Assembly: GCA_965267575.1 (NCBI GenBank)
Contig: OZ254086.1
Span: 864,001-928,000, forward strand
Direction of reading: 5' to 3'
Length of the DNA stretch: 64,000 nt
From: Calditrichales bacterium
GTDB taxonomy: Bacteria > Calditrichota > Calditrichia > Calditrichales > J004
The first letter of the stretch is position 1; the number at the start of each line of letters is the position of its first letter. Below, piece by piece: positions 9,467-18,566 of this stretch. The notes under the pieces were generated by a model. It searched no databases. It had not been told where the DNA came from and was given only the letters and a program-made list of their open reading frames with translations. The position numbers were made by a program, and so were the translations under genes.

Positions 9467-12433
9467 TTACGCATTCGTCCTGATAAACTTCAATATCTCG
9501 CGCAGAAAAGGGGAAGATCGATTGTCGCGGTTAAAACGGGTGCGCACGGCGCTAAACAATACTTCATCCTTGGCGCGTGTCAATCCCACGTAAAGCAGCC
9601 TCTTTTGTTCCTCCAGCTTTTTGCTCACAGGACGGTCGTCGTCATCGTCCTCTTCTTTGTAGGCCCAGAAGCTGGGCATATTTTCATCTTCCATGCCCAG
9701 GATGATCACTTTTTGAAATTCCAGCCCCTTGGCCGAGTGGAAGGTCAGCAGTGAAACGGCGTCAACGCTGTTTAAGGCATCCTGCGGATTAATCAGCGCC
9801 AGCGAGGAGAGAAATTCGGCGATGGCTTTGTCCACCGGCACTTCGGCAAACTGGGCGGCAATATCCATTACGCGCTGGCGGAATTCATCGGCGCTGTCGT
9901 GCAGAACAAGTTCGGGGTCGAGCTGGTGGGCTTTTCGCGTTAACGCTTCAATCAGTTTCTCCTTTTCAGCGGCGTAGGCGCTGGTGTGCACGTTCAGCGC
10001 TTTGGAGAACGGCGAGATAAGCTTGCGCGCGCCGGCAAGGAACATCACTTTGTCCTCAAAAGCATCGGTTTTATTGAGCAGGAAATTGGCCAGGGCCACA
10101 AACTCCAATCCCTGCAGCACGGCTGTTTTGCGCAGCTGGCTGTCCTGCGCGCGGCGCATCTTCTGAATAATATCATGCAGAACGATCACATCGTCCAGGG
10201 CGCGGTGCCGCGTGCCGGGGTCCAGCTTAAAGCGTGCCGCCAGTGCGTCGATGCTGTGGCTTTCCCCGGGGTAAATGCGCCGCGCCATCATCAGCGAATC
10301 GAAACGATTGTTGAGCAGTTTTTGGTCGCTTAATTCGCGAGCCACGCGGTCTAGGATCTTGAAATCGAAAGCATAACCGTTGTGCGCAACCAGCATATCA
10401 TTGCCGATAAATTTCAGGAAGCCGGGCCACACTTTCTTGATGACAGGCGCCTCAGCCACATCATCAGTGGAGATATGATGCACGCGTTCGGCGCCCTCCT
10501 CTATGGGCATTTGCGGGTTGATGAGCTGCGTAAAGCTGTCCGTAATCTCACCATCGCGCACCTTAACGGCGGCCAGCTCAACAATGCCGCAGGTTGCCGT
10601 ATCCGCTCCGGTCGTTTCCAGGTCGAGCACCACGTAATCGCGCAGCAGGGCATTGCCGCGATAGCTGCTGTTCTGCAGCCAGCGGAATAAGGCGCTCATT
10701 TCCGATTGTCTTTGATCTTCCGTCTGTTCAAGCAGATTAAGCAGGGTGCAGCCGGCGGGAGGCTTTTCCGGAAACTCCTCCAAGGCAAGCAGCAATGTTC
10801 CGGGCTCTAACTCCCTTTTTGCTGTGGTGACAAAATCTGTTTTGTCGGGATACTGCGTTTCCAGCATGGCCGCACCGATGCGGGCGATCTCTTCGCGTGA
10901 GTGAAAGATAACAAGATAATTAAAACCGGCGACGTTGCGCGTTGAAACGGGAAAGCTCTTAAAACGCGGAGCGCGCGATTCGTAATAGGTGCGATCCATT
11001 TCGGCCAGCCCGCTCAATATTTCGGCGACAAGCTGGTCAAAGCGGTAAAACGAGCGCAGGTTGATCAGGTTGGCCAGGTGCCCGATGAAGGTATCGGTTT
11101 TGTGCCGCTCATCGCTGCTCAACTCGGGCCGGGCGCTGTAGCCGTATAACGCCTGGCGGTAAGTCAGCCCGTTGCGCTTTTGAAGATTTTGAATTTGCTT
11201 GTGGCTGTTGTAATCAAGCTCAAGCTGTACCAGCTCCTCCAGGTGCAGATTATCCAGCGGGTTGCGGATAACCTGCAGGTATGCCAGCACGCGCTTCATG
11301 CGCGGATCGTCGGTCAGGTTAAAGCGCGCCGCCTGCTGAAAAGGAATGTGCTCATGGATAAAGCGATTCACTATTTTTTCGGCGAAACGGTGACGGGGAT
11401 ACAAAACGGCGATCTCACCATAGGGTACTCCCTGCTTCTCCCAGTCGCGGATCTTTTCCACGATAAAGCTGATTTCTTCGTCCTCGTAATCAAAAAAGAA
11501 TGACTGAATCGAGTCAGCCAGCTCGTTGTCGGCCTGCAGCACCTTGTCCGGCTCAATGCGCTCAAGCCCGCTCACCACCTGCTGCGCCGTCGAGACAATA
11601 TTTTTCCCGGAACGGTAATTCGTATCCAGGAAAATGGCTTCCTCTATCTTAAAATCTTCCATGTACTGGCGGATGTTTTCCGGGTTGGCGCCACGCCAGG
11701 CGTATATCGACTGGTCATCATCGGCCACGACAAATATGTGACGGTGCTGCTCGGCCAGCATGCGGATTATGTCATACTGCACACGGTCCGTATCCTGGAA
11801 TTCATCCACCAATATCGCCTGGTAAATATGATCATAATGATCGCGGATCTCGGGATTGTCGCGCAGCAGGTCACGGGTAAGCAGAAGGATCTGGTTAAAA
11901 TCAACCAGCTTATGCTTCTTCAAATGTTCGCTGTAGCTATCATAGATTATCTGCGAAAACGGCTTTAGCGGTTTTTCCTTCAATTGGAAATGTTCAAAAG
12001 CGGTCTTTATGCCGCGTAGCTTTTTGTCCACCTCGCTGGATGATCTTTGCTCGACCAATACACGAAGGAGGCGCTCACGGTAATCCTCATCAGCCACGCT
12101 GAAGTGCGGGCTAAGCCCGGCCTGGCGGTAGTGGCTGCGCAGAACCTGCAGGCAGAAACCATGGATGGTGCCGGTAAAAACGCGTTCCGCCTTTTTGCCA
12201 AGAGCCTCACGCAATCTTTCGCGCATCTCGCGCGCTGCCTTGTTGCTGAAAGTTAAAGCCAGTATCTGTTCGGGTGAGATACCATAGCGGTCTATGCAGT
12301 AGATGATGCGGGCGATGAGGGTGCGTGTCTTGCCGGTTCCGGGTCCGGCGAGCACAAGCTCCGGCCGGCGCGGGGCTGTTACCGCCTTTTTCTGTTTATC
12401 ATTAAGGGATTGCAGTATCGGCCTGGATAACAT
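9467..12433 (-). CDS. UvrD/PcrA-like SF1A helicase with an internal DEDDh (DnaQ-like) 3'-5' exonuclease domain
   Basis: Helicase motifs AGPGTGKT, DEFQD, DDDQSIYAWRGA, NYRS, TFHSAKGLEF and YVGLTRAK. Exonuclease motifs VLDLETTG, HNGYAFD and HRALDD lie between helicase motifs IV and V. Confidence 0.92.
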   Translation of the reverse strand: MLSRPILQSLNDKQKKAVTAPRRPELVLAGPGTGKTRTLIARIIYCIDRYGISPEQILALTFSNKAAREMRERLREALGKKAERVFTGTIHGFCLQVLRSHYRQAGLSPHFSVADEDYRERLLRVLVEQRSSSEVDKKLRGIKTAFEHFQLKEKPLKPFSQIIYDSYSEHLKKHKLVDFNQILLLTRDLLRDNPEIRDHYDHIYQAILVDEFQDTDRVQYDIIRMLAEQHRHIFVVADDDQSIYAWRGANPENIRQYMEDFKIEEAIFLDTNYRSGKNIVSTAQQVVSGLERIEPDKVLQADNELADSIQSFFFDYEDEEISFIVEKIRDWEKQGVPYGEIAVLYPRHRFAEKIVNRFIHEHIPFQQAARFNLTDDPRMKRVLAYLQVIRNPLDNLHLEELVQLELDYNSHKQIQNLQKRNGLTYRQALYGYSARPELSSDERHKTDTFIGHLANLINLRSFYRFDQLVAEILSGLAEMDRTYYESRAPRFKSFPVSTRNVAGFNYLVIFHSREEIARIGAAMLETQYPDKTDFVTTAKRELEPGTLLLALEEFPEKPPAGCTLLNLLEQTEDQRQSEMSALFRWLQNSSYRGNALLRDYVVLDLETTGADTATCGIVELAAVKVRDGEITDSFTQLINPQMPIEEGAERVHHISTDDVAEAPVIKKVWPGFLKFIGNDMLVAHNGYAFDFKILDRVARELSDQKLLNNRFDSLMMARRIYPGESHSIDALAARFKLDPGTRHRALDDVIVLHDIIQKMRRAQDSQLRKTAVLQGLEFVALANFLLNKTDAFEDKVMFLAGARKLISPFSKALNVHTSAYAAEKEKLIEALTRKAHQLDPELVLHDSADEFRQRVMDIAAQFAEVPVDKAIAEFLSSLALINPQDALNSVDAVSLLTFHSAKGLEFQKVIILGMEDENMPSFWAYKEEDDDDDRPVSKKLEEQKRLLYVGLTRAKDEVLFSAVRTRFNRDNRSSPFLREILKFIRTNA

Positions 12434-12492
12434 CGGCTCTTCCGCTTGATTAAAGGACAAAACAAAATAGGAGCAAAAACAAAAAGAGGCAA

Positions 12493-12966
12493 TCAGGAAG
12501 TCGTCAGGCGACCGGCATTGCGCAAAAAGGCGCCGCGCTTGATAAAGTGCATCTCAAAATTGCCGGATTCCATCATTTCTTTATAACGCCTGCGGCCGGC
12601 CAGCTTCTTCTCCTCGCTGTAGACCTCGGCAAAATCGAACACAAATTCAAATGATGTTAGTTCTGAAGCAGGCAGCGGATCGTAAAGTATGATCGTATCA
12701 GCATCCACGGAAGGATTGTCGCCATATACCAGAAAAACGCGCGTATCAGAATCGGCCGCTCCATTATCCAAAATTTGATGGGGCACAAAGCTGTCCGGTT
12801 TCCAGGTCCACAGGAGATTGTCCAGCTTGCGGGCGTTCTCTTTCTCCCGGCAATAAACGCAGACACGCTTGCCGGCATTGAAAACGCGCTCGGCCAGGCT
12901 GCAGACGTCACCATCTTTATGGTGAGGCATATTAAGCTCGATGAAGTAAACTTTCGCGGAAGACAT
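12493..12966 (-). CDS. holC: DNA polymerase III chi subunit
   Basis: C.LAERVF..GKRV.VYC...ENARKLDNLLWTW..DSFVPH and GRRRYK signatures. Confidence 0.88.
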   Translation of the reverse strand: MSSAKVYFIELNMPHHKDGDVCSLAERVFNAGKRVCVYCREKENARKLDNLLWTWKPDSFVPHQILDNGAADSDTRVFLVYGDNPSVDADTIILYDPLPASELTSFEFVFDFAEVYSEEKKLAGRRRYKEMMESGNFEMHFIKRGAFLRNAGRLTTS

Positions 12967-13580
12967 TAAAAGCGCTGCCCTATCTCCAGTCTTATATCAA
13001 TCATGGAATGATTTGTGCGTTCACCCAACCGCTCGCTGAAAGGGATGATGCGGTATTGCGCGCGAAAGCCGAAGAAGTACTGGTTATCTACATCGGCATC
13101 CAGGCCAAAGCCGATCAGACCCGCGGGCGCCCACAAATATTGATCCTCGGTTTGCACATCGTTGGTGGCCTCCGGGAAGTTCATACCAAAAACCGGACCG
13201 GCGCCTGCTGTTATAAAAGGACGGAAACTGTCATCAAATTCACGCGCAAAAAGGCGCCATTTCCCGATGAACATAAGATCCAGAAGAAAAACGTTGTTTT
13301 CCTTACCGTAGGTTCGGGGAAAACCAAACTGGTCTATATAATTTATCTCGCTGCGGTCGCGGATGATCAAAGCCGTAAACTCGGCTCCCACATGTACAAA
13401 TCCAAAGGCCGGTGTTTCGTAAAAAAGCCCCAGGCCGCTGCCCGTTTCTACCAGGCTGTAGGCCAGCCCGCGGTGGTCTTTGATGGTGGGTTCAGGGTCT
13501 TCTTCCAGGTAAACATCGATCTGTGCCGACAAGGCAATCGGCAATAGTAAAAAAAGAAAAAACCATCTACTTCTCATCAC
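12966..13580 (-). CDS. Small outer-membrane beta-barrel protein
   Basis: Signal peptide, amphipathic beta strands (RPFITAGAGPVFG), C-terminal Phe. Confidence 0.7.
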   Translation of the reverse strand: MMRSRWFFLFLLLPIALSAQIDVYLEEDPEPTIKDHRGLAYSLVETGSGLGLFYETPAFGFVHVGAEFTALIIRDRSEINYIDQFGFPRTYGKENNVFLLDLMFIGKWRLFAREFDDSFRPFITAGAGPVFGMNFPEATNDVQTEDQYLWAPAGLIGFGLDADVDNQYFFGFRAQYRIIPFSERLGERTNHSMIDIRLEIGQRF

Positions 13581-14900
13581 TCAATCTCCCGTATCCTGAT
13601 CGTAGCATTGTTTTATAAAACTTACCGGATGCATGATTTTAACACCGCTTTTAAAATATTCATTTCCGTAAGCTAACTGAATTATGCAACCGGGGTTCCC
13701 GGCCAGAACAATCTTCGCCCCACTCTGCTCCACGTGCTTCATTTTTCGTTCCAGGAACACCATGGCATCATCATAGCGCGTAATGTTGTAAATGCCGGCG
13801 CTGCCGCAGCACCAGGAGGCCTCTTCCAATTCGTTGTACTTTATGCCCTCGATTGCTTTCAGGACACGGCGCGGCCCGTCGATGACCTTTTGTCCGTGAG
13901 CCAGGTGGCAGGCGTCGTGGTAGGTCACTTTTTGGTTGCCCCCGTAAGCCGGTGCGCGCCACCCTTTAACATCCAGAAACTCCATGATGTCAAATACGCG
14001 TTCGGTAAACCAGCGCGCTTTATCAGCATAAGCCTCATCCTTGCGCAACAGGTGGTCATAATGCTTCATAAACGATCCGCAGCCGGCGGCATTAATAATA
14101 ACGGCGTCGACAGCGGCATCATAAAAATCATCAATCAGTTTTTTGGCGAGCAGGCAGGCGTTTTCGTGTTCGCCGGTATGGCCCATCACGGAACCGCAGC
14201 ATTCCTGGTTTTGCGGCACCACAACATCATAACCGTTATAACGCAGCACCTCGATTGTATCGCGGTTTACGTCGCTGTAAAACACATCCTGGACGCAGCC
14301 GGTCACAACGCCCACTTTGCCGTTTTTCTCTTTGCCCAACGCCGGGTATAAAGTATTGTATCGGATTGTCTTCTTTACCGCAGGCGCCATCCGGTTAAGC
14401 TCATGCAGTTTTGTCGAAAAAAGACGCAACACCCCGGATTTCTCAATGAGGGCTTTCAGGCCGCTTTTCTGGTAAAGATTCATCAAGACCGCCGCCCGGA
14501 ACAGGTTTTTCTTTTTAAGGAAAAACAGCTTCAAGATAAGCGGTTTAAGACGCGATGCCTCCCCGCGCTGTTTTTTTTCTGCTTCGATGTGATTGCGCGC
14601 CGCCTCTACCAGCAAACCATACTCTACGCCTGCCGGACAGGCGGTAACGCAAGCCTGGCAGTCCAGGCAAAAATCCATCGATTCCATAAAGGCAGGGGAT
14701 ATCTGCAGATCTCCGTCGGCAATCGATTTCAGCATGCGTATTCGGCCGCGTGGCGAGTCTTTTTCCAGGCCGCTCACTTCGTAGGTGGGACAGGTAGGCA
14801 GGCACAACCCGCAGTGAATGCAATTAAGGATCTGGTCATAATCCGGTACAGGCAAATCGTCGTAAAAGGCGTTTCTGCTTTTTTTTAATTCGCTGATCAT
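13581..14900 (-). CDS. glcF: Glycolate oxidase Fe-S subunit
   Basis: Two CxxCxxCxxxCP clusters, two CCG domains, YHDACHLAHGQ. Confidence 0.9.
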   Translation of the reverse strand: MISELKKSRNAFYDDLPVPDYDQILNCIHCGLCLPTCPTYEVSGLEKDSPRGRIRMLKSIADGDLQISPAFMESMDFCLDCQACVTACPAGVEYGLLVEAARNHIEAEKKQRGEASRLKPLILKLFFLKKKNLFRAAVLMNLYQKSGLKALIEKSGVLRLFSTKLHELNRMAPAVKKTIRYNTLYPALGKEKNGKVGVVTGCVQDVFYSDVNRDTIEVLRYNGYDVVVPQNQECCGSVMGHTGEHENACLLAKKLIDDFYDAAVDAVIINAAGCGSFMKHYDHLLRKDEAYADKARWFTERVFDIMEFLDVKGWRAPAYGGNQKVTYHDACHLAHGQKVIDGPRRVLKAIEGIKYNELEEASWCCGSAGIYNITRYDDAMVFLERKMKHVEQSGAKIVLAGNPGCIIQLAYGNEYFKSGVKIMHPVSFIKQCYDQDTGD

Positions 14901-14903
14901 ATA

Positions 14904-16283
14904 CTAAACCGTAAAAACCTTCCCGGGGTTGAGGATCATATTGGGGTCTAGCGCCTGTTTGATTTGGCGCATGGCCTCCAATCCCGGCGCATTGATCATC
15001 CGCGGAAGATATTTGCGCTTGGCCAAACCGACGCCGTGTTCGCCGGTGATCGTACCGCCCATTTCGATCGTGGCCTCATAAAGCTCATCAAAAAAACGTT
15101 CCACACGCTCGATCTCTTCTTTATCGCGCTCATCGGTCAAAACCGTAGGATGCATATTCCCGTCCCCGGCATGCCCGAACAGTCCCACCTGCAGCTTGTA
15201 GCGTTCGGTGAGCTCCTCCACCACCTTTACCAGGTCGGCAAGACGCGAGCGGGGAACGGTAGCATCTTCCAGAATGGTTGTTGGTTTCACCCGGGCCAGC
15301 GCAGAAAAAGCAGCGCGTCGGGCCGTTTTCAGTTGATCGGCATGCTGTTCATCGCGGGCCACAATCACTTCCCGGGCTTTATTTTTAGACAGGATGTTCG
15401 ACATGGCCTGCACCTCTTCTTCCACCTGGCCGGGATGGCCGTCGCTTTCCACCAGCAGCAGGGCTCCGGCTTCGGTTGGCAAACCAATAGCAGCAAACTC
15501 CTCCACGCAGCGGATCGTCGTTTTATCCAGGAACTCCATCGTGCAGGGGACAATGTGCGCCGCGATAATATCCGATACGCTTTGTGCCGCGTCGCTCATC
15601 GACTCAAAATAGGCCAGCACGGTTCTGGCACTGCGCGGCTTTGGAATTAGCTTGAGCAGTATGCGGCAAAAAATGCCCAGAGTGCCTTCGGAACCGATCA
15701 GCAGATCACGCAGGTTGTATCCGGCCACGTCCTTAACATTCTTACCGCCACAGTAAACCATGTCGCCATTGGCCAAAACCGCCTCTATGCCCATCACGTA
15801 ATCCCGCGTGACGCCGTACTTGAGCCCGCGCAGGCCGCCTGCATTTTCGGCTACGTTGCCGCCGATGGTGCAAATTTTCTGGCTGCCCGGGTCCGGCGGG
15901 TAGAAAAGGCCTTCTTTCTCCACTGCCTTATGAAAATCCTGCGTGCGCACACCGGGCTGCACCCAGGCCGTCATGTTGGCTTTATCTATTTCCAAGATTT
16001 TATTCCAGCGGTGCATCAGCAGAACGATACTGTTTTCCACGGGGATGGAGCCACCGCTCAAACCGGTTCCCGCACCGCGCACAACAACGGCAAATTTCTC
16101 TTTATTCGCAAGGCGCACGATTTCCCGGATCTGTTCCGTATTTTCAGGCATAACGGCAGCAAGCGGCTTTTGCTGCAGCATGGGCGTGCCGTCGTAGGCG
16201 TAAAGCAGCTTGTCCTCATCCGAATCAAGAACAGCTTTTGACCCTACGATTTTTCTGAGATCATCTGATATTGACATATTCAT
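14904..16283 (-). CDS. glcD: Glycolate oxidase FAD subunit (FAD-linked 2-hydroxy-acid oxidase)
   Basis: RGAGTGLSGG, YPPDPGS, GGNVAENAGG, GSEGTLG, HAGDGNMH, GEHGVG and LNPGK motifs. Start is 16283 or 16277. Confidence 0.9.
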   Translation of the reverse strand: MNMSISDDLRKIVGSKAVLDSDEDKLLYAYDGTPMLQQKPLAAVMPENTEQIREIVRLANKEKFAVVVRGAGTGLSGGSIPVENSIVLLMHRWNKILEIDKANMTAWVQPGVRTQDFHKAVEKEGLFYPPDPGSQKICTIGGNVAENAGGLRGLKYGVTRDYVMGIEAVLANGDMVYCGGKNVKDVAGYNLRDLLIGSEGTLGIFCRILLKLIPKPRSARTVLAYFESMSDAAQSVSDIIAAHIVPCTMEFLDKTTIRCVEEFAAIGLPTEAGALLLVESDGHPGQVEEEVQAMSNILSKNKAREVIVARDEQHADQLKTARRAAFSALARVKPTTILEDATVPRSRLADLVKVVEELTERYKLQVGLFGHAGDGNMHPTVLTDERDKEEIERVERFFDELYEATIEMGGTITGEHGVGLAKRKYLPRMINAPGLEAMRQIKQALDPNMILNPGKVFTV

Positions 16284-16448
16284 AGTACGAAGGTTGACAT
16301 TTGCAACAGAGAACAAGTGGACATTTTTGCTAATACAACATTAACATTTTTTAAGTCTATTCTTTTGATTTCATATCGATCAAGGTTATAGGCTTTAAAA
16401 ATCAGTACAACTTAAAACACTCTTGAAATAAAAATATAAGAAACGGGC

Positions 16449-16485
16449 AAAAAAAATTCCCTTCTCAAAACGAAAAGGGAATTTT
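16449..16485 (-). terminator. Terminator downstream of the 16516-16920 gene
   Basis: AAAATTCCCTT...AAGGGAATTTT inverted repeat with an adjacent T-tract on the minus strand. Confidence 0.65.
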
Positions 16486-16515
16486 AATTTTCATATTTAA
16501 CATTTTTTATAACTA

Positions 16516-16920
16516 TCAGCGGAACATCGCTTTAATGGCTCCCCATGTTCGGAAGATACCGGAAATATTGGGATGAACGATCATAGGCTCGGAAGCCACA
16601 TTTTCCAGCTGAGCCCCATCATCATTTTTGCGGACGGCAACGATCTTGTAAAAAATGGCCCCGCTGAAATTTACCAAGACATCTTTATCTTCATATTGAT
16701 AGCGATGACCGGGTCCCTGAATATCAACTGTTGCCAGCTCCACATAATTGCTGCCATTCATGCTGCGTTGGATGGCAAAATGCTTTACGCCAATTTCGCT
16801 TTTGGTAATCCAGTTTATTACAACCTGATTGCCTTCGGGCAGGGCGCTGTATTCGGTAAAAACTTCCGAAGCGTAGAGAGAAGCAACAAGCAGAATGGAT
16901 ATGATCAGAGATTTTTTCAT
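16516..16920 (-). CDS. Small secreted Ig/Fn3-like protein with a C-terminal TWGAIKAMFR motif
   Basis: Signal peptide; V.INW.T.SE....F.IQRS...Y.YED pattern of the Ig-like module that often precedes T9SS CTDs. Confidence 0.7.
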   Translation of the reverse strand: MKKSLIISILLVASLYASEVFTEYSALPEGNQVVINWITKSEIGVKHFAIQRSMNGSNYVELATVDIQGPGHRYQYEDKDVLVNFSGAIFYKIVAVRKNDDGAQLENVASEPMIVHPNISGIFRTWGAIKAMFR

Positions 16921-16985
16921 GTATTTTTCACGTTGCAGCTAAAAAGTATTTTAATATAAGATATATGAATTACAAAGCAAGCATT

Positions 16986-17798
16986 TTATATTGCTGACGC
17001 GCCGTTACGATAAGTCACGCGCTGCGTTTTTTGCACTTCTTTGCCTATGTACAATAACGAATCCGAGCGGCCAATCCACTCCACGCTCTTAAGCGAATCG
17101 TTCATTAACAACTTAAGCGCCTGATCGGTTTTAAAATGCCGGGCGTGTATAAAACCTCCAAAGCGCGGGCCAATGTCCACATAAGCGGTAATAAAAATAT
17201 TCTCCGGCCAATAGGATCGGCCTGGATTATCAAACAGCATCTGTACATTCAGAGCTTCCCGGTTAATCTTGTTCACAACGCCTTCGTACAGATCTCCTTT
17301 CAGGCTCAGGGACGTCTTCTGGCCTTCTTCCAGGTAGCCGAGGACAGATTGCTGCTTTATCCTTGCTTCGAGCAGGAGCATTTTGTTATCGGCAATCGTA
17401 AGCAGAGGTGCCTCGCGGGGATAGATAGCCCCGGCACGGGCACGCACGCCGATCACTGTTCCGTCAAATGAGGCGTAATAATTAGCCGGCGTATACTCCC
17501 GGTCATTCCAGAGATCCCATACGCTGAGTAATAGATCCCCCTTTTTTACGTTTTGTCCTTTTTCGACGAGCACGGTAATCACCCTCAGCGAATCGAAAGC
17601 CTTCAGCGTTTCCTGGCGGTACGGGTCAAGGTAACCGGAAACGGGGACACGCACATCCAATGTATCATATACAATTGTAATCGAATCGCTGTAAGCGACG
17701 CTTTCCATCTTTATCCTTGCGGCGTTGTCATCCTTTTGACTACAGCCGTAAACGGCGAGACAGAAAAGTAAAAAAATTGTTATGAAATAGTTTTTCAT
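16986..17798 (-). CDS. Lipoprotein resembling an HlyD/RND periplasmic adaptor
   Basis: Lipobox VYGC; lipoyl half-motifs VEKGQNVKKGDLL and ASFDGTV. The helical hairpin appears to be absent. Confidence 0.6.
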   Translation of the reverse strand: MKNYFITIFLLFCLAVYGCSQKDDNAARIKMESVAYSDSITIVYDTLDVRVPVSGYLDPYRQETLKAFDSLRVITVLVEKGQNVKKGDLLLSVWDLWNDREYTPANYYASFDGTVIGVRARAGAIYPREAPLLTIADNKMLLLEARIKQQSVLGYLEEGQKTSLSLKGDLYEGVVNKINREALNVQMLFDNPGRSYWPENIFITAYVDIGPRFGGFIHARHFKTDQALKLLMNDSLKSVEWIGRSDSLLYIGKEVQKTQRVTYRNGASAI

Positions 17799-18006
17799 TG
17801 CGCCTGTTTGAACCTTATTCTGGAGAAACAGAAGCCATATTAATGGCTGTGAATTTAACGATAAAATATATCCGCCAAAAATGAGATGAGTGTGATTTAT
17901 TCGTGATAACTGCCCACTAAAATTTGCGTGAACGGGTTTTCGGCATTATAATCGCCAACCCATTAAATTATTCAAATCCAAGTCCCTAATTAACCAGGAG
18001 GTATAA

Positions 18007-18432
18007 ATGAAGTTACTGAATAAACTGAGCGCCGGCACATTAATAATGGCTGCCATGCTCGCTTTCCTGCTCACCTCAACGGTATCAGCCGGCAGCTATA
18101 CCGTAGCAGGCGATGATGTCATCGCCCTGAAGTGTTCAGGTGAAGAAAAGGCTGAGAAGAAAGCCGAAAAGAAAGCGGAAAAAGCCGAAGGCGAAAAAGC
18201 CGCTGAACACAAGTGCGGTGAAGGCAAGTGCGGCGGAGAAGAGAAAAAAGCCGACAAGAAAGCCGAGAAAAAAGCTGAAGGCGAAAAAGCCGCTGAAGCT
18301 AAGTGTGGCGAAGGTAAATGCGGTGAAGGCAAATGTGGCGGAGAAGCGAAAAAAGCTGAAAAGAAAGCTGACAAAAAAGAGGAAAAAGCTGCCGAAGCCA
18401 AATGTGGCGAAGGCAAATGCGGCCTTTACTAA
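18007..18432 (+). CDS. Secreted low-complexity EGKCG-repeat protein (HvfA-like MNIO RiPP precursor / metal-binding peptide)
   Basis: GGAGG RBS, Sec signal peptide, K/E/A-rich spacers, seven KCG motifs arranged in KCGEGKCG blocks, plus one KCS. Confidence 0.85.
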   Translation: MKLLNKLSAGTLIMAAMLAFLLTSTVSAGSYTVAGDDVIALKCSGEEKAEKKAEKKAEKAEGEKAAEHKCGEGKCGGEEKKADKKAEKKAEGEKAAEAKCGEGKCGEGKCGGEAKKAEKKADKKEEKAAEAKCGEGKCGLY

Positions 18433-18448
18433 GCCTTCATTGAATCTC

Positions 18449-18481
18449 AAAAACGCGGAGACTTTCTCCGCGTTTTTTTTT
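18449..18481 (+). terminator. Strong intrinsic terminator after the EGKCG gene
   Basis: AAAAACGCGGAGA-CTT-TCTCCGCGTTTTTTTTT. Confidence 0.85.
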
Positions 18482-18566
18482 GCCCAAAACCTGTTATGAA
18501 AGCAGTTGCTGTTAATAGTAACTTTTTCCCAAATTGGTCTGAAAAAAATTTTAGCCCGCATCTCGC

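Noticed and set aside
9467-12433. Helicase-nuclease fusion as an anti-phage defence system or an intein-containing gene
   Set aside because: It is embedded among housekeeping genes with ordinary composition, and the insert has DEDDh motifs rather than intein splice-junction or LAGLIDADG motifs. A defence role is not excluded but has no support here.
18130-18425. Short repeats as a CRISPR array
   Set aside because: The repeats are in-frame, degenerate at third codon positions and lack unique spacers; no cas genes are present.
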